The notes: generated by a model not told the origin, from the sequence alone. A stretch of 64,000 nucleotides of DNA from an uncultured virus (IMG/VR IMGVR_UViG_3300011768_000001) (IMGVR_UViG_3300011768_000001:1-64000); one strand, 5' to 3'; numbered from the stretch's first letter, positions 7,996 to 18,263 are shown. Translations and numbers: made by a program.

Positions 7996-10178
7996 TGATG
8001 ACTAATTATTTTAAAACTGATTATTTATTTGACGTCGAGACTTTTCCGAATTGCTTCACATTTGCTGCTGTTTATGCTAATGGTAAAGGAATGCGAGCTT
8101 TTGAAATTAGCGATAGGAAGAATGAAACAGAAGAACTTTTAGAGTTTCTGCGCAAAGTGAAGGCTGGCGGATACAGACTAGTAGGTTTTAACAATTGCAA
8201 TTTCGATTATCCTATACTTCATCACATTTTGCAGAAAGCTCGTAAGGTTCACGGTACAGAGAAGAAGCTCAAGGTAACATCTAAAGAGTTGTTTGATATA
8301 GCACAGAAAACTATTGACTCGAACAAGGATAATAAGTTTGGATCTGCTATCAAAGAAAAGGATGTGATAATTCCACAAGTGGATTTGTTCAAGATTCATC
8401 ACTTTGATAACAAGGCTAGATCAACATCTTTGAAGATGCTTGAGTACAATATGCGATCTACCAATATCGAAGACTTACCTTATCCAGTAGGAGCCATATT
8501 GTCAGACGCTGAAAAAGATAATTTGATCAAATACAACAAACACGACGTCATGGAGACGCTTAAGTTTTATTGGTACTCTTATGAGAATCTAAAGCTTCGT
8601 GCAGACTTGACTGAGCAGTTTGGTTTTGATTGCACCAATTTCAATGACACTAAAATTGGTAAAGAGTTGTTTATTCGTACTCTAGAAAAGGAAGCTCCAG
8701 GTAGTTGTTATCTAAAAACCGAGTATGGTCGTGAAGTACGTCAGACTAAGCGTGATAAGATTATTATCAACGATTGTTTGTTTCCTTATATCAAGTTTGA
8801 TCGCCCTGAGTTCCAAGCTGTACACAAGTGGTTTCAGACCCAGGTCATAACTGAGACTAAAGGTGTATTCAGTGATTTGATGGAACATCAGCTTGGAGAT
8901 GTAGCCAAGTACGCTGAGATGGTCGTAAAGAAAAAGAAGCTATCTGATCCTGAAGATAAGAAAAACAAGCGATATGTACCTTCTGAGGCTGTAATTGCAG
9001 AAAGACGTAAAGAACAACCTTTAGGATGGCTTGAAGAAAAAGAGCTTAAGAGTCCGAAAGGAGCCAAGAGTTATTATTGGTGCTGGAATGTAGCTGAGAC
9101 ACTGAACGTTTTGATTAATGGTTTTCGATATGATTATGGTGTGGGCGGTATTCACGGAGCAACACAGGGAACCATTCGAAGCACCGATACTCGAAAAATA
9201 CGAACGCTCGACGTTGCCAGCTACTATCCAAACATGGCGATTGCTAATCAGATATACCCTAAACATCTAGGTAAAACCTTCTGTAAAGTGTATTCTGACT
9301 TGTATGAACAACGTAAAGCAACACCTAAAGGGTCAGCGGCAAATGCCGCTCTTAAGCTTGCTTTGAATGGTGTCTACGGTGATAGCAACAACGAGTTCAG
9401 TCCTTTACTTGACCCAGCTTATACAATGGCTATCACAATCGGCGGTCAGTTGTCGCTCTGCATGCTTATGGAAAAGCTCATTGATAATTGCAATGCTAGA
9501 ATTATTATGTGTAACACTGACGGTTTTGAATATGTAATTGATCAAGACCAGTTTGGTGAAGCGGATAAATGGGTTAAATGGTGGGAGGATTTGACTAAAC
9601 TTCAAATGGAAGGTGATTCATATAGTCAGATGTTCATACGTGATGTGAATAATTACATTAGCATTACAGAGTCAGGTAAGATCAAGCTTAAAGGAGCCTA
9701 TGAGTACATGGACTTTGATAAGCTTGGATGGCATAAAAATCATTCAGCTATGGTTATTCCAATGGCTGTGAAAGCACAATTGGTTGATGGAATTGATCAT
9801 GAAGAATTTATTCGTCTGCATGAGAACAAATTTGACTTTATGCTCAGAACAAAAGTGCCAAGGAGCAGTAGTTTAGTAATTGTTGAAGATGGCGAGGATG
9901 TGCCACAGCAGAATATTTGCCGCTATTATCCAGCCAAAGAAGGTGGTAAACTAATCAAGCTTATGCCACCACTGGTTGAAGGCGGAGAAGTTCGTAGGTT
10001 GGGTATTGATACGGATTGGAATGTAAAAACATGCAACAATATTAATGACTTCTCATGGGGGGTTGACTATAAATATTACATTGATCAGGCAGCTAAACTT
10101 ATTGAAGCTGTATCTGAAGATGTAACTGATAAAGAAGGTAAAAATTGTGAAAGAAGTATGGAAACCGATTATTCTTGA
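7995..10178 (+). CDS. polB: Family B DNA polymerase
   Basis: Exo motifs FDVET, GFN...FD, YNKHD; polymerase motifs DVASYYP, KLALNGVYG, NTDG (variant of DTDS). Confidence 0.9.
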   Translation: MMTNYFKTDYLFDVETFPNCFTFAAVYANGKGMRAFEISDRKNETEELLEFLRKVKAGGYRLVGFNNCNFDYPILHHILQKARKVHGTEKKLKVTSKELFDIAQKTIDSNKDNKFGSAIKEKDVIIPQVDLFKIHHFDNKARSTSLKMLEYNMRSTNIEDLPYPVGAILSDAEKDNLIKYNKHDVMETLKFYWYSYENLKLRADLTEQFGFDCTNFNDTKIGKELFIRTLEKEAPGSCYLKTEYGREVRQTKRDKIIINDCLFPYIKFDRPEFQAVHKWFQTQVITETKGVFSDLMEHQLGDVAKYAEMVVKKKKLSDPEDKKNKRYVPSEAVIAERRKEQPLGWLEEKELKSPKGAKSYYWCWNVAETLNVLINGFRYDYGVGGIHGATQGTIRSTDTRKIRTLDVASYYPNMAIANQIYPKHLGKTFCKVYSDLYEQRKATPKGSAANAALKLALNGVYGDSNNEFSPLLDPAYTMAITIGGQLSLCMLMEKLIDNCNARIIMCNTDGFEYVIDQDQFGEADKWVKWWEDLTKLQMEGDSYSQMFIRDVNNYISITESGKIKLKGAYEYMDFDKLGWHKNHSAMVIPMAVKAQLVDGIDHEEFIRLHENKFDFMLRTKVPRSSSLVIVEDGEDVPQQNICRYYPAKEGGKLIKLMPPLVEGGEVRRLGIDTDWNVKTCNNINDFSWGVDYKYYIDQAAKLIEAVSEDVTDKEGKNCERSMETDYS

Positions 10179-10683
10179 TGATATTCAAGAGCGCTATGCT
10201 GTAAGTAGTTTTGGAAAAGTGATTGACTTGAAGAATCAAAAGTATATGATATGGCATGACAACGGTGCTGGGTACATGAGTGTTGGCTTACAAGGTCCAA
10301 ATTCTAAAGTCCGTGTTCGCTATGTTCATCGTTTGGTAGCCATTACTTTTCTTGAGAACCCCGATAAACTACCTCAAGTTGGACATAAAGATCATACAAG
10401 AGCTAATAATTTTGTTGATAATTTGTACTGGACAACACAGAAACAAAATACTCGTGACGGTATTGATGCCGGGAGGATTAATGCTAATCGTCCAAAAACT
10501 AACCGAAAGGTTACAGATGAAATGATTTACAAAATTGCTGAACTTGAGTCAAAAGGGTACGGCGTAAACGAAATTGCCTTGACATTAGATTTCCCTCGCA
10601 CTACAATTTCCAGTGTGTTTAATGGGCGTAGTAACTGGAAACTTTTTGAGAAGGCTCGACAAGAAATTAAAAACAACCCTTGA
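10147..10683 (+). CDS. NUMOD4-HNH homing endonuclease with C-terminal HTH
   Basis: EVWKPI..YAVSSFGKV, VHRLVA..F, HKD..RANN...NL.W. Confidence 0.9.
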   Translation: MKEVWKPIILDDIQERYAVSSFGKVIDLKNQKYMIWHDNGAGYMSVGLQGPNSKVRVRYVHRLVAITFLENPDKLPQVGHKDHTRANNFVDNLYWTTQKQNTRDGIDAGRINANRPKTNRKVTDEMIYKIAELESKGYGVNEIALTLDFPRTTISSVFNGRSNWKLFEKARQEIKNNP

Positions 10684-10708
10684 CACACCACCCAACCCAT
10701 GCGACAAT
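10680..10708 (+). promoter_or_regulatory. Sigma70-like promoter
   Basis: TTGACA-N17-GACAAT with extended TG. Confidence 0.6.
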
Positions 10709-10751
10709 AGATGGGTCTTGAATAATCTAAGACGTAAATTATAGGAGAGAA

Positions 10752-11021
10752 ATGATGGGCATTTATTTGGAACGTAGTTTGAACGGCGGTAGCCAAGTAG
10801 TACACAAGTTTGACAATGGTTTCGGTGCAAGCGTAGTACAGCACGAATTTAGTTACGGAGGTGACGAGGGCCTGTTTGAATTGGGCGTGATTAAGTTTGA
10901 GAGTGAAGATGAATGGCACTTGAATTATTCTACTTCAGTCACTGATGATGTCATTGGACATCTTACTGAAGAAGATGTAGAAGATTTGTTGGCTAAAATT
11001 GAACAACTGGAGAGTAAATAA
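10752..11021 (+). CDS. Conserved phage hypothetical protein
   Basis: F.NG.GASV...SYGG..GLFE motif; AGGAGAG SD. Confidence 0.8.
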   Translation: MMGIYLERSLNGGSQVVHKFDNGFGASVVQHEFSYGGDEGLFELGVIKFESEDEWHLNYSTSVTDDVIGHLTEEDVEDLLAKIEQLESK

Positions 11022-11197
11022 TGAGCCGTATTAAATTTCAATACCGTGTAATTGATCGCAACACTGGCAAAACTATCAACATTCACCCTAACCGTGAGGA
11101 TGCTCGCGAAACGAAACGAGATTGGAAGGCAGAAGGATTTGATGTAACAATTGTACAGTCAAAATATGTTCATCTAATTGATCGTGAGGTGCGATAA
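11021..11197 (+). CDS. Small hypothetical protein (58 aa; not in ORF track)
   Basis: MSRIKFQYRVIDRNTGKTINIH...; TAATG coupling at both ends. Confidence 0.65.
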   Translation: MSRIKFQYRVIDRNTGKTINIHPNREDARETKRDWKAEGFDVTIVQSKYVHLIDREVR

Positions 11198-11448
11198 TGC
11201 CCTCAGTTAAAGTCACATCAACAGAGCTTCTTGGTGAAATGTCCTACACAACCACTTACGAGTTTTCATCGTTTGAGGATTTTCAAAAGTGGGAAAGTGA
11301 TAAACAACAAGCTCTTGTTAGCAATATCAGTAATATTTTCTCTGTGGGTCTTGGTGATGGGTTGCCAGATGATTTCTCAGAGAAGCTGAAAGAGTCATTT
11401 GAGTTTGAGGCTAAAGTTAAAAAGAAAGATAAGGGAGATTTGCATTGA
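11197..11448 (+). CDS. Hypothetical protein
   Basis: Coupled ORF with GAGG SD. Confidence 0.7.
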   Translation: MPSVKVTSTELLGEMSYTTTYEFSSFEDFQKWESDKQQALVSNISNIFSVGLGDGLPDDFSEKLKESFEFEAKVKKKDKGDLH

Positions 11449-11750
11449 AAGCACTATTGGTTGTTGGCGGAATTGTAGGTATTATACTTGCGCTTGCAGG
11501 ATTGGTTGTTTGGTGGGCTTATGCAGTGTCTGTGTTGTGGCTGTGGTTTGTTACACCATTTGGTATCCAAGCAATTAGTCTTGCTCATGCATATGGTCTG
11601 ACATTGGTTGTCAGTGGATTGATGTCAACTAGGGGGCTCGGCCTTGGTGTAAAGAAAGAGAAAGACAGCTGGATTACAGAGATTTCTGTTGCAGTGATTG
11701 CTCCAGCTATGCTACTATTCTTCGGCTGGATTGCTGTAGGATTTATGTAA
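11445..11750 (+). CDS. Hypothetical multi-pass membrane protein
   Basis: Three hydrophobic segments. Confidence 0.75.
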   Translation: MKALLVVGGIVGIILALAGLVVWWAYAVSVLWLWFVTPFGIQAISLAHAYGLTLVVSGLMSTRGLGLGVKKEKDSWITEISVAVIAPAMLLFFGWIAVGFM

Positions 11751-11848
11751 AGAATTCGCTAAAAACGAATAGGCAATAATGCCTGCAACAAATAGTCTCA
11801 ACAAATATTGTGACTGAACTTTATACACAACTTAATAGAGAAAATTAA

Positions 11849-12544
11849 ATGACTACTAAATCAGAAGTAATTGTTCGTAACCTTCCTAAATCTGGTGATT
11901 TGGAGACTGCACACGTCTACATTAAAAATGCCGTGGTGTTTTATGCAGCAGTACATGAGACAAAGCTTAAATATCAATCTGCAGAAAAAGAGTTTAGCGC
12001 AACAGTTTTTGTGGATGAAGAAGCCAAGGATCAATTGCTGGACGAGGTGATGGTTAACAAGAACTTTGCGCAAGTTGGTATTTCGAAAACTAGCAAGCCA
12101 CCTCGAAAAATTAAATACCCCCTGTCTACCCAGGTTGATGAAGGTAAGGCTAATTATGATTTGGTAGATGGTCTGTGGGGCTTCAATATTGCCAAGCCTG
12201 AGTTCAGTAAAAAAGGCGTACCTATGTCAGTCAATGTGATTGATACTGCCGGTAATGCATTCACCGAGAACGTGGGCAATGGTAGCGTGGTGAACCTCAA
12301 ACTGTTCGGATATAAAAATAAGGACGGTCAGTTGACTGTGACTCTGGACACGATGCAAGTTGTTGAGCATGTACCTTACGAACAAAAGGGGGCTTCTGGC
12401 GAAGTTGAAGATGATATTCTTGGTAGCTACAAAGTGAAAAAGGTCGAAGCTAAGCCTGTTGAGGAAGATGCACCAGCAGCCAAGCCTAAGCCAGCACCAA
12501 ATGTATGTGCTGATGATGAGCTGGAAAGCGAACTTCCATTCTGA
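11849..12544 (+). CDS. Single-stranded DNA-binding protein (T7 gp2.5-like)
   Basis: VGNGSVVN motif; acidic C-tail ending DDELESELPF; replication context. Confidence 0.75.
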   Translation: MTTKSEVIVRNLPKSGDLETAHVYIKNAVVFYAAVHETKLKYQSAEKEFSATVFVDEEAKDQLLDEVMVNKNFAQVGISKTSKPPRKIKYPLSTQVDEGKANYDLVDGLWGFNIAKPEFSKKGVPMSVNVIDTAGNAFTENVGNGSVVNLKLFGYKNKDGQLTVTLDTMQVVEHVPYEQKGASGEVEDDILGSYKVKKVEAKPVEEDAPAAKPKPAPNVCADDELESELPF

Positions 12545-12557
12545 TCTAATAAACAAC

Positions 12558-12573
12558 GAGGCAAGGACGCCTC
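12558..12573 (+). promoter_or_regulatory. Hairpin with ANGGAN hexaloop (RsmA/CsrA-type site candidate)
   Basis: GAGGC-AAGGAC-GCCUC. Confidence 0.45.
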
Positions 12574-12612
12574 ACATTATTTAAAACAAATTAACTTATT
12601 GGAGAGAAATAC

Positions 12613-12885
12613 ATGACTGATCAAATCGTATACACCGAAGAAAACCTGTTCCAACGTCTGACTAAGTTGCTAACTGATTTGGAAGTAATCAAAAATGACA
12701 TCAAGGCTATCAAGCAAGATTTTACATATGACTCTGAACTGAATGTAAAAGGGTTGAGCAAGGATGATGTGAAGCTGGTTGATAAAGCTGCCAAACTGTT
12801 CGTAGCGAGTAAGTTTGAAGAAGTTGAAGAGGATGCTTTGGCAGTGTTTACTAAGTATAAAACTCTGACAGGTTATTCTGAGTAA
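12613..12885 (+). CDS. Putative dsDNA-binding protein (T4 DsbA/GapR-like)
   Basis: Helical 90 aa, RL..L......I..DIKAIK...G..K..V pattern. Confidence 0.5.
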   Translation: MTDQIVYTEENLFQRLTKLLTDLEVIKNDIKAIKQDFTYDSELNVKGLSKDDVKLVDKAAKLFVASKFEEVEEDALAVFTKYKTLTGYSE

Positions 12886-12888
12886 AAT

Positions 12889-12911
12889 AGAGGGCCGAAA
12901 GGCCCTTTTCT
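12889..12911 (+). terminator. Rho-independent terminator
   Basis: AGGGCC-GAAA-GGCCCU followed by UUUCU. Confidence 0.85.
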
Positions 12912-12928
12912 GTAGGAGCAAGATATGA

Positions 12929-14008
12929 ATGAGTAAACAATACACAGCCATTATTGACGTTGATACGCTCATCATCCACGCTGCATTGGCTGGGCAACGT
13001 ACAAACATCAAAGCAACTGGCAAGAACACTGGTCGCTCTGTTACTTTTTCAAATAGAACGGAGTTGTGGGGAGGCTGGCAAAAGCGAGATGGTGGGTGGC
13101 TTGCTGAGACTAACGCCAAGCGAGCTGAAAAAGGACTTGAGCCAATTTCGCCCGATGTGTTTGAAATTGAAGATATTACAACTCTCGTTGATGATCAGAT
13201 TGCTGAAGATGGAACAGTAATTACTCCAGAGATTGTGGTGAAGGGAAGGTTCAAAGCTAAGATTGAAGCTATTACAAAGCAAGATTGGTGTAAGGACTTC
13301 AAGATTTGTTTTGGTACCGGAAAGAACTTTCGTTATGATATTGCACAGACACAGCCTTACAAATCTGAACGGGCACTGAAGCCTGTGTTGTACGATGTTG
13401 TAAAAGAGTATATGCTTTGTAAATACAAAGACAAAATGCTGATTGTTGATGGTGTTGAAACTGATGAGATAGTGACACAGGAAGTTTGGAAAGCTTGGGT
13501 GCGGTCAGGCAGAGATTTTAATAAACTTGACTCTGTGGCAGCATACATTGACAAGGATATTTCTCAGTTCCCGCTGATCCGCTATAACTTCGACAAACCC
13601 GAAGATGGACTGGTAAAGATCACACCTCTTGAGGCAATCAAGAATTTAGCAGTTCAGTGCCTCAGAGGTGATACTATTGATACAGTACCCGGCTTACCAG
13701 CACTACCAGACGACATGTATAAAGCCTATTCTCTGCGTAAAACGAAGGGTTTGGGAGAGGTTACAGCTAAAGGTGTAGTGTCATCAGCACAGACGCCTAA
13801 AGAAGTGTTTGAGCGTGTTGTAGAGGCTTACAAAGGGTATTACGGCGAGGATGTAAAGGAGTTTATAAGTTTTCGTGGGGAAGTAGGTGAACGTAACTGG
13901 TTAGACCATCTAAATGAGCAATTTAGGTTGCTTCGTATGCGAACGGATGTGACTAAAGATGTTGGTCACGTTAAAGACTTTTTAAAGGCAATGGAGATTG
14001 AAGTATGA
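12929..14008 (+). CDS. 5'-3' exonuclease (T7 gp6 / FEN-like)
   Basis: IDVD, NFR..IA...YK..R, ETDE, DKD, GDTIDTVPG. Confidence 0.9.
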   Translation: MSKQYTAIIDVDTLIIHAALAGQRTNIKATGKNTGRSVTFSNRTELWGGWQKRDGGWLAETNAKRAEKGLEPISPDVFEIEDITTLVDDQIAEDGTVITPEIVVKGRFKAKIEAITKQDWCKDFKICFGTGKNFRYDIAQTQPYKSERALKPVLYDVVKEYMLCKYKDKMLIVDGVETDEIVTQEVWKAWVRSGRDFNKLDSVAAYIDKDISQFPLIRYNFDKPEDGLVKITPLEAIKNLAVQCLRGDTIDTVPGLPALPDDMYKAYSLRKTKGLGEVTAKGVVSSAQTPKEVFERVVEAYKGYYGEDVKEFISFRGEVGERNWLDHLNEQFRLLRMRTDVTKDVGHVKDFLKAMEIEV

Positions 14009-14349
14009 AAAAGATTACAGAAGAGCAACTGTGGGAATACGTATCTGAAGTTGGTGAGTCTGAGAAAGAGTTTCGTAAATACTCTTCATTCTACATCATG
14101 ACTTCGCACACTATCCGTCAAGAAGACGTAGACTCTCTTGCTGAAGATGATTTGGATGCAAGTGACTTCTTGAATGTTTTGGTTAGTCGTAACGGGACTT
14201 GGGATGATAGTTGGGGAACTGAATGGGACAGTAAACCTGAATACTACAAAGTAGAGGATTATGATGAAGTAATTCCAGAGGTGGTTATTCCTGAGCACAC
14301 TGTTACTAAACAACGTTATGCAGAGTTTAAGCCTGAGTTTGTGGAATGA
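14005..14349 (+). CDS. Hypothetical acidic protein
   Basis: Coupled ORF. Confidence 0.75.
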   Translation: MKKITEEQLWEYVSEVGESEKEFRKYSSFYIMTSHTIRQEDVDSLAEDDLDASDFLNVLVSRNGTWDDSWGTEWDSKPEYYKVEDYDEVIPEVVIPEHTVTKQRYAEFKPEFVE

Positions 14350-14933
14350 CTGTCCCATCACAAGCTGACATAAAGAAACGTGAAGACAAACTTAAACAGT
14401 TTCTAAAGAAGCTCAATGAGGATGGCTCACCACAAGAGAAGCATGTTGTATCTGTTGTACGTTCTGCTATACGTCAAGCCTGGATGAAAAGTGATGTGAA
14501 GTTGGCATATCTGTACAGTAAAACTATCCCGGATATGGATGACAGCACACGCACAAAATGGCTCTGCCAGTGTGAAATTTGCGGTGGTATGTTCAAGCTA
14601 ACAGATATTGAAATCGACCATGTACACGTTGGTGGTAGCAGCTTCACAAAAGTTGAAGATTTTCCAATGTACTTTAACAACATCTTAATGGTGAATTTTG
14701 ATGGTTTGCAAATTCTGTGTAAAGAAGGCTGTCACCGCACAAAGACCTTAAGCGAGTCATTGGGTATAACTTTTGATGAGGCTGTCATTGAACGTAAAGT
14801 TATTGAAATCTGTAAGATGAAAGCAAAAGACATTGACATTTGGCTCAATGAGCGTAATATGGTGACAGCAAAGAATCCATTGGCTCGCAGGAATGCTGTA
14901 AGGGAGGTTTTAAAGAATGGCAACCGATTATGA
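14346..14933 (+). CDS. HNH-family nuclease (conserved replication-module type)
   Basis: RSAIR..W, CEIC, IDH, LQILC..CH..KT. Confidence 0.85.
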   Translation: MTVPSQADIKKREDKLKQFLKKLNEDGSPQEKHVVSVVRSAIRQAWMKSDVKLAYLYSKTIPDMDDSTRTKWLCQCEICGGMFKLTDIEIDHVHVGGSSFTKVEDFPMYFNNILMVNFDGLQILCKEGCHRTKTLSESLGITFDEAVIERKVIEICKMKAKDIDIWLNERNMVTAKNPLARRNAVREVLKNGNRL

Positions 14934-15084
14934 TTTTGTACAGTTGTATGTAAGATTAGAAAAGCTTGACAAAGAATTGAAAGAATTGCGAAACGAGGTT
15001 GGAGAAATTAAATCGGCTATCAAACCCAAAAAACAATGGGTTCCACAGTGGGAGGAAGACATCTTTGAAGACGACACTAAATAG
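14917..15084 (+). CDS. Small coiled-coil hypothetical protein (55 aa; not in ORF track)
   Basis: MATDYDFVQLYVRLEKLDKELKELRNEV...; GGAGG SD. Confidence 0.6.
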   Translation: MATDYDFVQLYVRLEKLDKELKELRNEVGEIKSAIKPKKQWVPQWEEDIFEDDTK

Positions 15085-15171
15085 CATCTATACCTACACA
15101 GCAACTCAGCTAGCCTATGAGCTTGGACATATTGCTCAATACTATACATTCTTTTATGTTGCGCTAAAACA

Positions 15172-15414
15172 GTGGGGATTGCTGTGATGACTAATGTAGT
15201 TATGTTTCCTAAGGCTGCTGTCTCAAATACATCTGCCAATATGTCTACAATGGATTTAGAATGGTGGAAAAGTAAGAATGAGAAAATCTCTGCTGAATTT
15301 AGCCTGTATGACGCACACAAGAAACAAGTGATTATGGATGAAGTGTTGAGTATGTCTGATACAATGTATGAGATGATTATTGATTTGCGCAAACAATTGG
15401 GGAAGAGTGTATGA
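15172..15414 (+). CDS. Hypothetical protein (likely start ATG 15187)
   Basis: ORF coupled to next gene. Confidence 0.6.
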   Translation: MGIAVMTNVVMFPKAAVSNTSANMSTMDLEWWKSKNEKISAEFSLYDAHKKQVIMDEVLSMSDTMYEMIIDLRKQLGKSV

Positions 15415-16304
15415 GTGAAGTAGAGTGGAAAGTACAAGCAATTGAGTTAGCAAGGACAGGTAAGAGTTGGAGAAAGATTTCCGAGGCCTTGGGTGTTGCC
15501 CGGAGCACTGTGAGTGATTACCTCCGTAAAGAGTTTAGTCAAGTGGTTGTGGATAATCGTAAGTCTTCAGACACCTATGCTGTTCGTAAAAGCGATAAAA
15601 TTGAACATGATAATAGTCGTATCTTGCTGATCAGTGATTTGCACATTCCCTATCATCATCAAGACTCTATTGCTTTCCTGAAACACCTTAAAGAAAAGTA
15701 TAACCCAACACGGGTAATCTGTTTAGGTGACGAGGTGGATGGTCACGCCCTGAGCTTTCATGACAGCGACCCTGACCTGCCAAGTGCAGGGGATGAAATC
15801 CGACAAGCATTGCCTGTGGTTGCTGAACTTTTTAAAATTTTTCCTAAAATGGATATATTGGAGAGTAATCATGGTTCTTTAGTGTGGCGTAAGGCTAAAG
15901 TCTTTGGTATCCCCAAACACTATATCAAAAGTTATAATGAGGTTCTTGGTGTTGACAGTGGTTGGAAGTGGAGCTTTGATTTAACCGTGGATCTACCTAA
16001 TGGTCAGAAGTGTTATATGCACCACGGCAAGACAAGCAACATTATCCAACTCAGCCAACAGATGGGTATGAATGCAGTTCAGGGCCACTATCACGAGACA
16101 TTCAAGATTGACTACTGGGGAAACAGTACAGGCCTTTATTGGGGTATGCAATGCGGTTGCTTAATTGATGATGACAAGCTTGCATTTAATTATAACAACG
16201 TTAATATTAAGCGTCCGATTATCGGGACTGGTTTGATTATTGACTCAATGCCTGTATTGGAGCCGATGCGGCTAAACTCGCATGGGAGGTGGGTTGGTGT
16301 TTGA
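15411..16304 (+). CDS. Calcineurin-like metallophosphoesterase with N-terminal HTH
   Basis: HTH SWRKISEALGVARSTVSDYL; DLH, GDEVD, SNH, HG, GHYH motifs. Confidence 0.9.
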   Translation: MSEVEWKVQAIELARTGKSWRKISEALGVARSTVSDYLRKEFSQVVVDNRKSSDTYAVRKSDKIEHDNSRILLISDLHIPYHHQDSIAFLKHLKEKYNPTRVICLGDEVDGHALSFHDSDPDLPSAGDEIRQALPVVAELFKIFPKMDILESNHGSLVWRKAKVFGIPKHYIKSYNEVLGVDSGWKWSFDLTVDLPNGQKCYMHHGKTSNIIQLSQQMGMNAVQGHYHETFKIDYWGNSTGLYWGMQCGCLIDDDKLAFNYNNVNIKRPIIGTGLIIDSMPVLEPMRLNSHGRWVGV

Positions 16305-16863
16305 GCTTACACAAGAAGTTCTACACGAAGCACTAGATTATGACAAAGAGTTGGGAGTTTTCACATGGAAAGTTGATAGGCCTTTGAACCACTTTAAAAA
16401 TTCTCATGCTAAAAATACCTATATGGACAGGTTTGCAGGTAAGAGGGCCGGATACGCTTCTAAATATGGTAAGAGGGGTTTATATTATCTACAAATTCGC
16501 ATCAAAGGAAAGATTTTCCTTGCTCATCGGCTGGCTTGGTTCTATGTGAACGGCGTTTGGCCCAGTGAATTTTTGGATCACAAGGACGGTGACGGGCTAA
16601 ACAATAAGTGGGTTAACTTACGGGAAGTTACAAGGACTATTAACGGGCGCAATTGTGGATTGTCTTTAAATAACACTTCAGGGGTTAATGGTGTTTATTG
16701 GAATAAGGCTAATCAGAAGTGGGTTGCCGAAGGGCACTACACTGAGAATGGAGTTAAGAAAAAGAAAAACTTAGGTTCCTATACCAACCTAGAAGATGCT
16801 AGGATTGCACGAGAATGTTGGCAAAAGGAGAAAGGTGATTTTACAGAACGTCATGGCAAGTAA
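16282..16863 (+). CDS. Free-standing HNH homing endonuclease with AP2-like domain (likely start GTG 16297)
   Basis: AHRLAW..LDHKDGDGLNNKWVNLR; NNTSGVNGV; LGSY. Confidence 0.9.
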   Translation: MGGGLVFELTQEVLHEALDYDKELGVFTWKVDRPLNHFKNSHAKNTYMDRFAGKRAGYASKYGKRGLYYLQIRIKGKIFLAHRLAWFYVNGVWPSEFLDHKDGDGLNNKWVNLREVTRTINGRNCGLSLNNTSGVNGVYWNKANQKWVAEGHYTENGVKKKKNLGSYTNLEDARIARECWQKEKGDFTERHGK

Positions 16864-16892
16864 TTGACACCACAGCAAGGAAGCTGTACACT
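16864..16892 (+). promoter_or_regulatory. Sigma70-like promoter
   Basis: TTGACA-N17-TACACT. Confidence 0.6.
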
Positions 16893-16915
16893 ACACAGAC
16901 TTTAACAGAAATGAT

Positions 16916-17386
16916 TTGGAGAAGATGATGTTTGAATTTAAAACAGGCGACAAAGTTTGGTGTAGTCACAAACCATATGAAGGGGAGTATTTCTATATAG
17001 GTAAAAGCTACATGAATCCAAGGATGGCCCTTGTTACAGATTCAAAAGGTTCTGAACACCAATATGATTATAGCGATTTGACTTTGATGATAAATCACGT
17101 TAAGGATACTGCCCAATATACAGGCGGCAGTTCAAATTACTATAAAGTATTTGTAAAAAACCCAACTACGTTAGCCACCTCTTATGAAGCTGAGTGCAAT
17201 GATATTATTGAAGCTTTAAAGATGACCTTTGCTGAAGGGAATGCTTTCAAGGCCATCTGGCGTAAAGCTAAAGCACGCCAAGGTGTTCAGAAAAAAGGTT
17301 ATGACAATGGTTTGTATGATAGTGAAAAGGTGGTATTCTTTGGTGAACGAATGGTAGTAGAAGCTAAATCTGGAGAAGACAAGTGA
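16916..17386 (+). CDS. DUF3310 / T7 gp1.7-like nucleotide kinase-family protein
   Basis: ECNDIIEAL.M.FAEGNAFKAIWR..KKG...D..K motif. Confidence 0.6.
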   Translation: MEKMMFEFKTGDKVWCSHKPYEGEYFYIGKSYMNPRMALVTDSKGSEHQYDYSDLTLMINHVKDTAQYTGGSSNYYKVFVKNPTTLATSYEAECNDIIEALKMTFAEGNAFKAIWRKAKARQGVQKKGYDNGLYDSEKVVFFGERMVVEAKSGEDK

Positions 17387-17748
17387 CAATATATGTAGCG
17401 TCCCCTTACTCAATCAATGCAGATGCACAGCTTAGGCAGGAGCGTTATGAATACGCATTGATGAAATCAATTGAATTTACGCTAAAAGGCTTGCCTGTGT
17501 TTTCGCCCATTGTACATTCTCATCCAATGTCTCTGGCCGCTAACATGCCTTGTACATTCGATTTCTGGAAAGATTTAGATTGCTTGTACATTGACAGTTG
17601 TGATCAAATGTATGTGCTGATGATGGAAGGTTGGAAAGAGTCTATCGGCGTGCAGTTTGAGATTAAGTATGCAAAAAGTAAAGGAATTCCAATCACATAT
17701 GTTGAGTGTTTAGACAGTCCTGTGTATAATGCTTTAGTTGCAGCATAA
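17383..17748 (+). CDS. DUF1937 / nucleoside deoxyribosyltransferase-fold protein
   Basis: IYVASPYS, FSPI.H.H, W...D, GW.ES.G...E. Confidence 0.75.
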   Translation: MTIYVASPYSINADAQLRQERYEYALMKSIEFTLKGLPVFSPIVHSHPMSLAANMPCTFDFWKDLDCLYIDSCDQMYVLMMEGWKESIGVQFEIKYAKSKGIPITYVECLDSPVYNALVAA

Positions 17749-17774
17749 ATTAAATAGAAAATTAGGAGAGTTAA

Positions 17775-18263
17775 GTGTCAAAGCGTGATTGCATCAAATT
17801 CGGATATGCCATCGGTAATGCACCTAGTATGGCTACCCATTATGAAGTGTTTAAACAAGTAAAGCAGCAATCAAAGCTTTTATTGGAAGAAGTAAATGAG
17901 TTAGAAGAAGGCTCAAATGAAGAGGACATGCAAGAGATTGTTGATGCGTGTATGGATATTAAGTTTTTAAATACATATCTTGAACACCTTCTTGAAGCTT
18001 ACGGTTGTAATACAAAGAAGGCTTGGGAAACTGTATGCGAAAATAACCTGCAGAAAACTACGAACAGTTACACATATGCACAGAGTAGTAAGGAACATCT
18101 TGAGAGCCGAGAAGATGGAGAATTCTACATTGATGAGCTTACTTTTGAGGGTGAATTGCTATATACTGTGAAGCGTACTTCAGACAATAAAGTAATGAAG
18201 TTGAAAAGTCATGTACGACCAGATTTGAGTGTATGTGTACCACAGGAGTTTAAGAATGTTTGA
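17775..18263 (+). CDS. MazG-like NTP pyrophosphohydrolase
   Basis: EEVNEL..EIVDA..D acidic motif; V..NN..K. Confidence 0.7.
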   Translation: MSKRDCIKFGYAIGNAPSMATHYEVFKQVKQQSKLLLEEVNELEEGSNEEDMQEIVDACMDIKFLNTYLEHLLEAYGCNTKKAWETVCENNLQKTTNSYTYAQSSKEHLESREDGEFYIDELTFEGELLYTVKRTSDNKVMKLKSHVRPDLSVCVPQEFKNV

